DNA of 63,727 nucleotides, the filler included, from Sanchytrium tribonematis (taxonomy: Eukaryota), in assembly GCA_018985235.1 (NCBI GenBank). It is 6 parts of 6 records of this genome, joined end to end, with 100 filler letters (N's around TTAATTAATTAA, not from the genome) between each part and the next. Parts side by side here need not be neighbours in the genome. Positions count along the whole stretch, not along the records: positions 32,744 to 63,727 come from JADGIG010000051.1; 5 more parts are not named here. One strand, 5' to 3'. The notes beneath the pieces are model-generated. The model was given only the letters and a program-made list of their open reading frames with translations, was not told where the DNA came from and made no database searches. This document shows, one piece after another, positions 34,577 through 44,151 of this stretch. How positions within the stretch are numbered: position 1 is the first letter of the stretch; each line of letters starts with the position of its first letter. The position numbers were made by a program, and so were the translations under genes.

Positions 34577-35722
34577 TTATGATTGAATAAAATATATAGC
34601 TGCTGTTAAGGATGCTATTAGAGAAAATGGCGTTACTGTGTAACATAAAGCAGTAAGCGTCGCCATTTCAAGAGGCTTACCAAAAGGATGCTGAATTTGG
34701 GATAAAATCAAATTCATCTGAGCCATTGGCATCAAAGTGGGCAATATTAATACAAATTGCAAAATTTTGTTGCTTTTATCTATTAAATTATGACTGCTTA
34801 TCAACTTAACAAACAAAATTCCAAGAATCGGGCTCAGAATCATCCGCATAAAAATTACTGCACAGATTGGAATATAAACTGATTTTGGAAGATTCTGAGG
34901 AACATTGAAGCCTAGCAATTTTTTGAAAATGCTAAAGTCTGCATACATCAGATTCGCGCCAAATAAACTCAAACTAATTGGGACATATCCGTTTCCAATT
35001 ACTTGAAATGTCTTAAATATGAAATATAAAGCACCAGATGGTTGAACAAATATTTCGTTAAGTGGTTTAGCGAGGCCAAGTATAAGACCGATTGTAATTC
35101 CCAAAATATTGGGATTCAAGACAATTAATTGAAACAATCTATTGTTAAGGATTCTTTTAGTTAATGAAAGAGTGATGGTGGGATCCGCAATTGTAGAGTC
35201 TTCGTGGTTTATAGACTTATAGTCTGATTCGATCCAAAATTGTCCGAAAGTAAATAAAAATGGAATTAAAACCAAAACAAATGCAGTAGTGTATGCAATC
35301 CCTTTGTCTGAATCACCAGGACCAAATGGTTCAGAAGCTCCGACTGATATCAAAATGGCAATTGGAAAATCACTCCAATTTCCAAATGCACAAGAACTTA
35401 AGACTGACTTTTTAAATGTTGACGTGAGAAAGCGCCTTGTTGAAAAAAAGATTATGAGGCCCATTACAATATAATAAACTTGATAAATAAATGCTATAAG
35501 AATGATTGATAAGTAGCTTGCTATATTGCCAATGTTGATTGATATTGCAATCTTAGTTAAAAGTAAGCAAGGAGAAAGGAATTGGATAGCAAGTTTGCCC
35601 AGCTCTTTCATCACAGTCTGATTATAGATCTTCTTCCTTTTTAAAATGACACCCAGTAGAACCATTATAAATATAGTTAAAACTGGTTGAATGGCACCCC
35701 AAATTATAGTGCCAATTAACAT
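34577..35722 (-). CDS. Auxin efflux carrier (AEC/PILS-like) transporter
   Basis: About 10 TM segments; LSPCLLLTKI, FGNWSDFP, G+AY, GNGYVP..GANL, RMILSP. Confidence 0.85.
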   Translation of the reverse strand: MLIGTIIWGAIQPVLTIFIMVLLGVILKRKKIYNQTVMKELGKLAIQFLSPCLLLTKIAISINIGNIASYLSIILIAFIYQVYYIVMGLIIFFSTRRFLTSTFKKSVLSSCAFGNWSDFPIAILISVGASEPFGPGDSDKGIAYTTAFVLVLIPFLFTFGQFWIESDYKSINHEDSTIADPTITLSLTKRILNNRLFQLIVLNPNILGITIGLILGLAKPLNEIFVQPSGALYFIFKTFQVIGNGYVPISLSLFGANLMYADFSIFKKLLGFNVPQNLPKSVYIPICAVIFMRMILSPILGILFVKLISSHNLIDKSNKILQFVLILPTLMPMAQMNLILSQIQHPFGKPLEMATLTALCYTVTPFSLIASLTAAIYFIQS

Positions 35723-35767
35723 TAACGATCCCTGTTTGACATGGGTTTATAAGAATTTATTAATAAC

Positions 35768-36778
35768 TTAAACGTCAAACTCGATGATCATTCCATCATA
35801 AGTAGGCGCCAAGTATAAACCTTCCTTGACAATAGGCAACTGTCTGCAAACATATTTTGCGAACTTTCTATCAAAATTATTGAGCTCGTCTATCATTGTT
35901 ACATTTAAAGGACATTTTGCATGTAAATTATTCTCATGTACCAATTCAATGGTACGGTTATGTCCTAATCGATGAGAGTATCCAACAAACAGGCCGAAAG
36001 AGGTTCCAAATTTTTTAAACTCCTCAATAGCTTGGTGAATGGAAAAATGTGATTTGTGTGGAACCTCATTGAGTGCATCGAGCACAACAATAGGAACATT
36101 CCTTAAATGGTAAGATGTTTGTGGTGGAATGTTGACTGCATCAGAGATATATGCGAATAAATTTTCAAATTTGAATCCATAAGAAATTAGTTCACTCCCA
36201 TCTGGATTGAAGCCATGGTAGACTGGTAAGAAATAAATGTTGTGATTAAAAATGGTTACTTTAGTCAAGGTATTATTTGAGTCGCAAACTTGTTTATCTT
36301 TTTTCTCAGAACAACATTCAATAAATTCTAGTTTTGCCACATCACCTCCTCCAGAAGCTTTTTCTACATCTACTAAATATGGAAATGCACAAGATACAAC
36401 TTTCAAAGTGTCTTTAGAACAATATACAGGTATCTTATTTAAGGCCGTAAATTCTCTCAAGTCATCCAAGCCTAACATTGCGTCTGCGTGTCCATGACTT
36501 AAAAACACAGCATGAATAGTCGTGATATTGTGCAATGAAAAGAATTTTAAAGCAGAATGCCTAAAAGTCTTTCCACAATCTATCAAAATGTTTTTTTCTA
36601 TTCCCTCGTCTTCCAAAGTAACTAAAATTGAAGTGTTGTTGCGAACATCTGGATGATCTGGGTTTATCAAATAATTTTTGCATACGCAACTTAGGTCTTT
36701 ATTACCTAGACATGTTAAATTAGGCACGGATCCACTTGTCCCCGTTCCTAGAAACAAGATGCGCTTGATTTTGCTCAT
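35768..36778 (-). CDS. Metallo-beta-lactamase-fold hydrolase, PhnP-like
   Basis: FLGTGTS, ILIDCGK, SHGHADAMLGLDDLR, AYISD, SHF, YDG. Confidence 0.9.
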   Translation of the reverse strand: MSKIKRILFLGTGTSGSVPNLTCLGNKDLSCVCKNYLINPDHPDVRNNTSILVTLEDEGIEKNILIDCGKTFRHSALKFFSLHNITTIHAVFLSHGHADAMLGLDDLREFTALNKIPVYCSKDTLKVVSCAFPYLVDVEKASGGGDVAKLEFIECCSEKKDKQVCDSNNTLTKVTIFNHNIYFLPVYHGFNPDGSELISYGFKFENLFAYISDAVNIPPQTSYHLRNVPIVVLDALNEVPHKSHFSIHQAIEEFKKFGTSFGLFVGYSHRLGHNRTIELVHENNLHAKCPLNVTMIDELNNFDRKFAKYVCRQLPIVKEGLYLAPTYDGMIIEFDV

Positions 36779-36916
36779 TTTGCAAATTAAGTTTCAGGGA
36801 ATTTGGATTATAGATTAAATTGACAACAGTTGTTGGGAAATATAATTAAAAAACGATTTTTTGCAATATTGCTTCAACTTTTATTACAATGCCAATTTGT
36901 ATCCGTTTCATCGCTA

Positions 36917-38026
36917 ATGGATTTACGAGACTTGATTTTATTTTACTTTTTCATTTCTTGGCTTGCATTTATCTTGTTTTTGAATACAATATTAATTGCA
37001 AAGAGAAAGACTTTATTTTTCAAATTCAGGGGACCTTTTTTAATATTGATATACAATCTATGTGCCCTAGCCACATTCCTATCTTATTTTTTATTTGATG
37101 ATTTGATTGACTTTATAGTACCCGGCTTCTTTATTGGTCTTGATTTTGGTATTATTCTGCTTAGAAATACATCAATACTTGCTCAGCAGCTTCACAGCCA
37201 TTTTCATGTTTACAAGGAATTTGAATTGGAACTACATTCGTTAAAATTGAAACTCAAAAGAGATTACTTCGAACAAAATGCTTGGATTTTAGAATATAGG
37301 ATCTACTATGTGCTTTCAATTGTAATTCCGTTTGTTGCGACAATTTTTTACGTATTTCTTAATCGACAAGGCCACGAATATATATTTACGTGCGATGGGC
37401 TTTTTGAATGCACCTGGACAATCAATTGCTTCTTCGTAATTATTGTTGTATTTAACGAACTTTTTTTAAGAGACTTTCAAGACTTTTACAAGATTAACTT
37501 TGAGTCACGTAATTTGTTTCTCGTGCTATTGGTGCACTACCTTTTTGTATATATTCAACCTTATATGACACTTGGAAGATTCACTCTGATATGTTGCCAT
37601 TTCATTTTGATTGCAATCCGCCAAGTTTTTTTAGTGGCTGTTCCAATTTTTCAATATTCTTTGCAAAACTTTGAAAAAATTGGAAAAGAATCTGTTGTAC
37701 CTGATAGTCTGGAATATCAAAGAATAATGACTTCTTATCTTAGAGTAAGATACTGCGTACAATACTATTTGTTCATTGTAGCTGTAGAACACTTCAAAAA
37801 AGAGTTCTCGGTCATCACGAAAGCAACAGGAAAAAGGCTTTTCAAAAAATTTCTGAATGATCAATCACTGCATTATCTTGACGATATTCCTTTTAAAATA
37901 ATTGCCATTTGCGATGAATTGCTAGAAGCTGAGATGATTTTGAATTCTTTTGACGACGTTGTAGCATATATTGAGAATAATATTTTAAGTCAAGTCTCGA
38001 AATCTACAATTAATTTTAACAACTAG
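36917..38026 (+). CDS. Multi-TM receptor-like protein with C-terminal RGS-like domain (7TM-RGS/GprK-like)
   Basis: 6-7 hydrophobic segments (FRGPFL after TM1), then YL..RYCVQYYLFIVAVEHFKK...LFKKFLNDQSLHYL resembling an RGS box. Confidence 0.65.
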   Translation: MDLRDLILFYFFISWLAFILFLNTILIAKRKTLFFKFRGPFLILIYNLCALATFLSYFLFDDLIDFIVPGFFIGLDFGIILLRNTSILAQQLHSHFHVYKEFELELHSLKLKLKRDYFEQNAWILEYRIYYVLSIVIPFVATIFYVFLNRQGHEYIFTCDGLFECTWTINCFFVIIVVFNELFLRDFQDFYKINFESRNLFLVLLVHYLFVYIQPYMTLGRFTLICCHFILIAIRQVFLVAVPIFQYSLQNFEKIGKESVVPDSLEYQRIMTSYLRVRYCVQYYLFIVAVEHFKKEFSVITKATGKRLFKKFLNDQSLHYLDDIPFKIIAICDELLEAEMILNSFDDVVAYIENNILSQVSKSTINFNN

Positions 38027-39276
38027 TAGCGAATAAATGTAGCCTTATCTTCAAAGTTATTCATATTCCATGTCCTTGGTTTGATGACCCAGCTATCTTG
38101 AAGAACTGGTGTCAAACTGGGAATCATTTTAATTCTTTCAAAATCAAAAATATTGCATTTAAATCTTGAAAATCCATCAATATTATATTTTCGAGTGTTT
38201 ACACCTTTTCCAATTAGTTTAATATTTTCAATTTTCGTTCCAAATTGAGAAGGAATTTTTAAGAATCCGAATGGCCATTGCCAGACCAAATTGCGGACCT
38301 TCTCAGGAAATCTTAAAACGTCATCCGATATAATTATTAGTTTGTCAATTTCACACTGCAAAGGGGACAAGTCCAAACGATATTTGTAAGGGCAATCCGA
38401 TCCTATTTTCATATCACTTTCAAATCTTTCAACAATATTGATAGCAACAAAGTATTGTTGCACCATAACTTCGTTTATCCCGAATTCCAAAGTTAGTTTA
38501 TCAAACCTAGAATTATTTAGCGTATTGTACAAATTATCACAATCAACGTGATTTCGAATGTAAAAGTTTGTAAAAGGGTAATATCCAATGGAATAATCCG
38601 ACGAGTGAAATAGTAAATAAATCGATAAAGCATATCTTGTCGGAGTTTCTCTGGCATTGATTCCTACTTTGTACTTCAATAACGTTCGAGATGGGAGATT
38701 TACTTTAGGGATCTCAGAAATTGGATCCGTAAAAAGGTTTCCTATCGTCAGATCTTCAAGTCGTTCTAGTGCAAGCAACGATTTGTACATATTGTATAAG
38801 TCAAGGTGGGTCAGGTAAGTTGATTTTATATGGATATTTAATTTTGTCAAATGGAAACCAAAAATAATTGGGAAACATTCTTTGAGAAGCAAATCTGTGT
38901 AATCTAATCTAGTTTGTAAAGTAAAATTTGAGCAATTGGTTTTTAGAGAATATTTAATGGGCATTTCAACAATAATTTCTAAATTCTTAACCGTTTTGCA
39001 ATTCAATGGGGATAAATCAATAGAACCATTTCTAAGATTTATAATAATATTTGCATCTGGGACCCAGTCTAACGCCTTTATCAAATTGTTCAAATCGCGC
39101 TCTTCCCAAATTATGATATGAAGATGTCGAACATAAATTCCGATAGACTCGAATTCGATATTATCTTGAAAATATATCCGATTGTATTTAATATCCGGAT
39201 ATAAACTTCCTCTCATTACCTTCAAAATACTTTCTCGAATCTCTTCCACATTATCGTATAGGATTCTCAGAATCAT
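38023..39276 (-). CDS. Hypothetical protein (possibly degenerate LRR)
   Basis: 417-aa ORF with LxxLxI-like spacing; shares the CTAG stop overlap with the convergent gene. Confidence 0.65.
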   Translation of the reverse strand: MILRILYDNVEEIRESILKVMRGSLYPDIKYNRIYFQDNIEFESIGIYVRHLHIIIWEERDLNNLIKALDWVPDANIIINLRNGSIDLSPLNCKTVKNLEIIVEMPIKYSLKTNCSNFTLQTRLDYTDLLLKECFPIIFGFHLTKLNIHIKSTYLTHLDLYNMYKSLLALERLEDLTIGNLFTDPISEIPKVNLPSRTLLKYKVGINARETPTRYALSIYLLFHSSDYSIGYYPFTNFYIRNHVDCDNLYNTLNNSRFDKLTLEFGINEVMVQQYFVAINIVERFESDMKIGSDCPYKYRLDLSPLQCEIDKLIIISDDVLRFPEKVRNLVWQWPFGFLKIPSQFGTKIENIKLIGKGVNTRKYNIDGFSRFKCNIFDFERIKMIPSLTPVLQDSWVIKPRTWNMNNFEDKATFIRY

Positions 39277-39329
39277 AGAGATTCTTCAGTTTCAACTTTA
39301 AGTTCTCCTTCAGAAGTCTAGATTTTTGA

Positions 39330-40556
39330 ATGAATGATCAGATTTATCTACGTTCACTTGGTATCAACAAAATACATGATGTTGTCGATCATTTGATACC
39401 AAATTACAATGTTAGCAAGGAATTGAGACAACATACAGGATGCGTGAACACGGTCCAATTCAACAAATCCGGCGATTTAATGGTTAGTGGATCCGACGAT
39501 AAGTATATATGCTTGTGGGATGGATTTTCTTTCGAGTTAAAAGAGAAAATATTTACAAATCACGGTCACAATATCTTTTCTGCAGTTTTGCTGGAAAATG
39601 GTGAAGGAGTTCTAAGTTGTTGTGCCAAAGGCGATGTTAAGCTATCGAATTTCAGTGGGGATAGCACGCAAATATACAACCATCAAAATGACATGGCATA
39701 CCAAATTGAACTGGTCGATAGAAACACATTTATGAGTTGCGGAGAAAATGGAATTATAATGACATATGATTTGCGAGAAGCCCATTATGGGGCATCGGTT
39801 TTGGTAGATTCTCATAAGGTCTATAATTTTGAAAAAACTGTACACCAGGCGTCTCATAAAAACACGATGACAGGAATTCCAAGTATGTCAATGAAGAACG
39901 ATATTTATTTTGCAGCCGCCTTTAACGACGATTTTGTTAGGACGTTTGATCGTAGATGGGCTGAAATTTCAATTAATGCTTACTGTCCTGATAAATTCAA
40001 TCCTTATAGTGCTACCAAAGATTCGACTATTATTAAAAGTCGGTTACATATGACTAGCAAAATCACAAGCTGCCAATACGATCCCCATGGGAACGGAAGT
40101 TTGGTTATAAGCTATGGCGGAAATTGCGTGTATGTTATAGATCCTGACCAAGATTTCACTGGCGATAATTACTTTAAAACAAACATTTCGGCAAAATGCC
40201 TCTCTGGACATTTGAATAGAAGAACTATGATTAAAGAAACTTCATTTTTAGGTAATAGTTCTCGCTACGTTATGAGTGGAAGTGATGATGGCAGATTATA
40301 CATTTGGGATCTCGATACGGAAAAAATTGTGAATTGCTTTGAAGCTGACGACGATGTTGTGAACTGTACAGTATCACACCCTTTTATACCCTGCATTGTA
40401 CTAAGTGGAATTGACAATAGTATAAAAGTTTGTTTCCCGGAGCACGAATCGTTTGATGAAGCGCAATTTGAGGAATATCTGGGAAATAGAGAAATTTCTG
40501 AAACCATGGCTTTAAGACTCCCACTGGATCGTCTAATGATGAGTACTTCATTTTGA
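39330..40556 (+). CDS. WD40 protein, DCAF6/DCAF8-like
   Basis: HTGCVNTVQFN..MVSGSDD, HGHNIFS, GHLNRRTMIKE, YVMSGSDDG, VVNC..HP, SGID. Confidence 0.88.
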   Translation: MNDQIYLRSLGINKIHDVVDHLIPNYNVSKELRQHTGCVNTVQFNKSGDLMVSGSDDKYICLWDGFSFELKEKIFTNHGHNIFSAVLLENGEGVLSCCAKGDVKLSNFSGDSTQIYNHQNDMAYQIELVDRNTFMSCGENGIIMTYDLREAHYGASVLVDSHKVYNFEKTVHQASHKNTMTGIPSMSMKNDIYFAAAFNDDFVRTFDRRWAEISINAYCPDKFNPYSATKDSTIIKSRLHMTSKITSCQYDPHGNGSLVISYGGNCVYVIDPDQDFTGDNYFKTNISAKCLSGHLNRRTMIKETSFLGNSSRYVMSGSDDGRLYIWDLDTEKIVNCFEADDDVVNCTVSHPFIPCIVLSGIDNSIKVCFPEHESFDEAQFEEYLGNREISETMALRLPLDRLMMSTSF

Positions 40557-40663
40557 CTTAGTTCTGAGACAAGGTGGATTTGATGTTACGGACGAAGATT
40601 ACGAGTCTGATTAGAAAGAAAATAAAGTGAAATTCCAGATAGGATTATTTTTTCTAACAAAAG

Positions 40664-41279
40664 ATGAATATTTTTGCACCAAGAAAGACACCCCAAGAAA
40701 TTCTCAGGCAACACAAGCGATCGATTGACAGAGCAGTCAGGGATATTGACCGTGAGAGATCGAAACTGGAGCAGCAAGAGAAAAAATTGCAAGCTGATAT
40801 AAAAATTATGGCAAAACAAAATATGAATGCATGTAAAATAATGGCAAAAGATATTATAAAAACACGGCATCATATAACTAAACTATACGAGATGAGAACT
40901 CAAATGCAGGCTGTAGGATTAAAGATACAGACTCTCAGTAGTAATGCTCAGATGGCAGAAGCAATGAAAGGAGTTTCTAATACCATGAAAGTAATGAACA
41001 AACGCATGCAACTGCCTCAAATAGCTAAAATCATGCAGCAATTTGAGCAAGAAAGTGAAATTCTTGATATGAAACAAGAGATGATGAACGACAATTTTGA
41101 AGACATGAATGAGGAGGAGGAAGACGAGACAGACGAGCTTGTACAACAGGTTTTAGATGAAATCGGAATAGGAGTTTCCACATCTGTAGCTTTAATTAAT
41201 TTAGGCACCAGTAGCTCCTAACTCGCAGCAAGCTGTAGATTCAGATTTAGAAAAGAGGCTCGAGCAGCTTAGGAAATAA
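40664..41279 (+). CDS. VPS2: ESCRT-III subunit Vps2/CHMP2A; join(40664..41185,41205..41279)
   Basis: Snf7-family core (QQVLDEIGI); splicing restores the C-terminal MIM1 motif DLEKRLEQLRK. Confidence 0.95.
41186..41204 (+). other. 19-nt spliceosomal intron
   Basis: GTAGCTTTAATTAATTTAG, phase 0. Confidence 0.92.
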
Positions 41280-41375
41280 AATACCTCGAAATAAAAATTC
41301 CAACTAACAATAGATGATTTGCTGTCTAATTTTTTAATTTAAATAAAAGCTTGATTGGCGACTTTTGAAACTTTG

Positions 41376-42077
41376 ATGTACGATGGTTCTGCTTACGATA
41401 TATTAGGAGCCCTACAACTTGTGGTATACCTATGTGTTCTCGCTGCATATATTGGTGCTTTTAGGTGGGAGCAGTTAAGATTTATGAAGCAAAACAAATT
41501 AATTAACTTTCCAAATCTGCCTTTGCTTGGCGTTATTATCTTATATGTTCCAGTTATAGCATGTACTTGGGCCCGAGATGTCGAAGTTGTAATCAGTGAA
41601 ATATCTGTTTCATCGTTTGTTATGGAGATGATCTGGTTATATTCTGTTTGCTATTTTTTGATTCAATTGTTAAAGTTTTCTAATCAGCATCAAAGGAAAC
41701 ATCTATTTTTACTAGCTTCTTGTACCTTGGGCCCTCTTTTGATTTTGTCTTTGTGTTTTTTTGGATTATTTCCCATAGAAAAAATCCAAGGAAATTCCTC
41801 GGTTCAAGGTTACGTGGAGTTTTTACGAATTTCACTTTATTGCAATTTTTGCATTCATATGATTTTATTTGTGATACTTTATTACCCTTTTATCAAAAAG
41901 CACACAGTATTATGGAGTCTTTGCGCCTTAGCCTTAATTTTGACCATTGTTTGCGCATCTTTATATTCCGTATTTCCAATACAAGAGCTTCACATATTTG
42001 TAACCACTCTTTGGCTCATGATAGTCATTATTCATGGGTTTATTATTACAGACTTTACACGTCGAATTTACAAATAA
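41376..42077 (+). CDS. About 7-TM membrane protein, unknown function
   Basis: About seven hydrophobic segments; first ATG at 41376. Confidence 0.65.
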   Translation: MYDGSAYDILGALQLVVYLCVLAAYIGAFRWEQLRFMKQNKLINFPNLPLLGVIILYVPVIACTWARDVEVVISEISVSSFVMEMIWLYSVCYFLIQLLKFSNQHQRKHLFLLASCTLGPLLILSLCFFGLFPIEKIQGNSSVQGYVEFLRISLYCNFCIHMILFVILYYPFIKKHTVLWSLCALALILTIVCASLYSVFPIQELHIFVTTLWLMIVIIHGFIITDFTRRIYK

Positions 42078-42102
42078 AAAATAAAAATCATATTTTTCTG
42101 AC

Positions 42103-43150
42103 ATGATTATAAAACTTGGATCTCAGAAATTTGAGCCTGAATATGTTGAAAACAATGACGATGTTTGGCGAATAACAGACAAACTGACTGTAGAAAAGGG
42201 AGACAAATCCTATGAAGTAAACAGTGTAGACTATGGTGATAAAATTTATTTTGGCAATGATATGAAATTGTACCATAGCAAACCTATTCAATACACAAAA
42301 GTTGATTTGACAGCACTGAAGGAATCTATTGACACGGCAACGGATATTGTAGACAAGAGAAAACTAGCAACTGCTTTGCAAGTGCAATATATTGGTATTC
42401 CAAATCTTGATGCAGCTACTCCATTGGATGATATATATTACAGAGATATGCATGTATTTACTTTATTCAAAAGTGAACTACTAGCTGGAGCTTGTATTGG
42501 AATTGAACAATTAAACAAAAATGAAGACAAAGACAACTTGGAATTGTTTGGTTCGACTTTCAGAATTTGTCACTTTTTTATTCTTAAGCCTTTTCAAAAT
42601 ATGGGGCTTGGGCGGCAACTATACGCTGAAGTCAAAAAATTCGTTAATGAAAACTTTGATAGACTTTGTGTTGAGGATCCAAATGAGTTATTCTGTAACT
42701 TAAGAGATCATTGTGACTTGAGAGAAGTACAGGAAAGCGGTGGCTTGTCCGCTTTACTAAATAGGGCCGATGGGGAGTCATCGAAAAGATCCAAATTGGA
42801 CCCCATCTCATTCGTGGGCAAATTCAATGGAATTCGAAATTATATCTCAAAGTTGCAATCGAAATTCCGATTATCTCCAGTAATTTATACTAACGAAGGA
42901 TCAGTCAGTTAGAGTGTACGAGATGACCATTTTAGATGAGCTTTCTTTCGGAATGGAAAACAAATTTGATTTATTACAAAACTTTGAAGTTATGTCGAAA
43001 TTTATGGAAATGTTGGCTGATCGAATTCAGACTCAAAACCAAACAACAGAGGTATTACTGCCAGTTGAGCAGGACCAAAATCAAAGTTTACAACAGACAA
43101 GTTTGCTAAGAGTGCAAGATTACCTAGATGTATTAAATAAAATGAGATGA
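42103..43150 (+). CDS. HAT1: Histone acetyltransferase Hat1; join(42103..42879,42899..43150)
   Basis: RICHFFILKPFQNMGLGRQLY, VEDPNELF..LRD..DL; the splice gives KFRLSPDQSVRVYEM. Confidence 0.88.
42880..42898 (+). other. 19-nt spliceosomal intron with TACTAAC branch point
   Basis: GTAATTTATACTAACGAAG, phase 0. Confidence 0.92.
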
Positions 43151-43370
43151 TTTGCCTCTTTTTTCGTAAAGAAACAATAGAATGCATCTTCATAGCGAAA
43201 AGAGATGTTTCTGAGCAACGGGAACGAGAACTACAAAATGTACTTCAAGATATGTTGCCGAATTTGTGTCGAGGGAAACCTCCTTAAATTTTGTTTTGTT
43301 CCCAAAATTATTCCTAATTGGATGGAAACACGTGATGGGGGTATAAAAAGAAATTAATCCCCAAAAACTT

Positions 43371-43557
43371 AAGACCGTACTGTACAGGATACATGTATAG
43401 TTAATATCTAGTGTTTAGTCATCTGACTAGGTACCTTGATCAGCTCAGAAGGTGATATTTTCGTTGTAGAGAAGAGGGACAACTGCATTTAGCAATGGAT
43501 GATCTTGCTCGTAGTCGTATGACATTGAGCATCTCTACAACGGTATCTGATGAGTTG
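43371..43557 (+). ncRNA. U3 snoRNA
   Basis: 5' AAGAC..TACT..GGAT..TATAG (GAC/A'/A boxes), terminal stem CAGCTCA/TGAGTTG, box C' GGTGA, 11-bp central stem CGTTGTAGAGA/TCTCTACAACG, box B-like AGAGGGA, box C GATGA, box D CTGA; TATAAAA about 29 nt upstream. Confidence 0.78.
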
Positions 43558-43950
43558 CCCTAATATGTTTTTGTTTTGTTTTATAATAACTCCGATTTTC
43601 TATCTTTAGAGGACGTCGCCTTATCTTAGGTTACGTTGTCTTACATCTCCAAAATTAGTGCAATTTTTCAAATTGTATAACTTTTCAGTATACTTCTCTT
43701 TCCTTTCATGGGATCATCCCCAACTTATTATTAATTTCGCCAGACCACACAATATTTTTAGCCATGATCACATGGACCGTCGCAATACTCAAACGCCGTG
43801 ACCCTTTAAAGTCTATAATCAAATGCGTGTCTATTTCAAGTTGCCTCAAGAAGACAATAAGTTTTATTTAATAAATCATTTAAAAAGTTGTACAAATCAA
43901 TACATTTGCATCTCTAGATCATGAGTTGTCATTTCATTATTTTGTGTTCC

Positions 43951-44120
43951 CTGTACATAGTCATACGTAATATACGTATACGAATTATCACATCCAAACC
44001 CAACATTGTACTTAAAGGAACCAATAACGTGCAAGGCGAAACACCATACGTGACGTTGTACGGCGTCGTGATTGGTACACGTGAGTATGAATTCTAGGGG
44101 TAAAGTGCTATAAAAATAAA
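43951..44120 (+). promoter_or_regulatory. Putative promoter: six ACGT cores, CCAAT boxes and TATA
   Basis: ACGT at 43965, 43974, 44027, 44048, 44053 and 44079; CCAAT 44021, ATTGG 44071; TATAAAA 44109. Confidence 0.45.
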
Positions 44121-44151
44121 GCAGCCCATCCAGGCCAAAAAGTATCACAAC

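Noticed and set aside
11699..35722. ACC-synthase-like and auxin-carrier-like genes as a phytohormone manipulation cluster
   Set aside because: They are on different contigs, and both families are widespread in fungi without those hormone functions.
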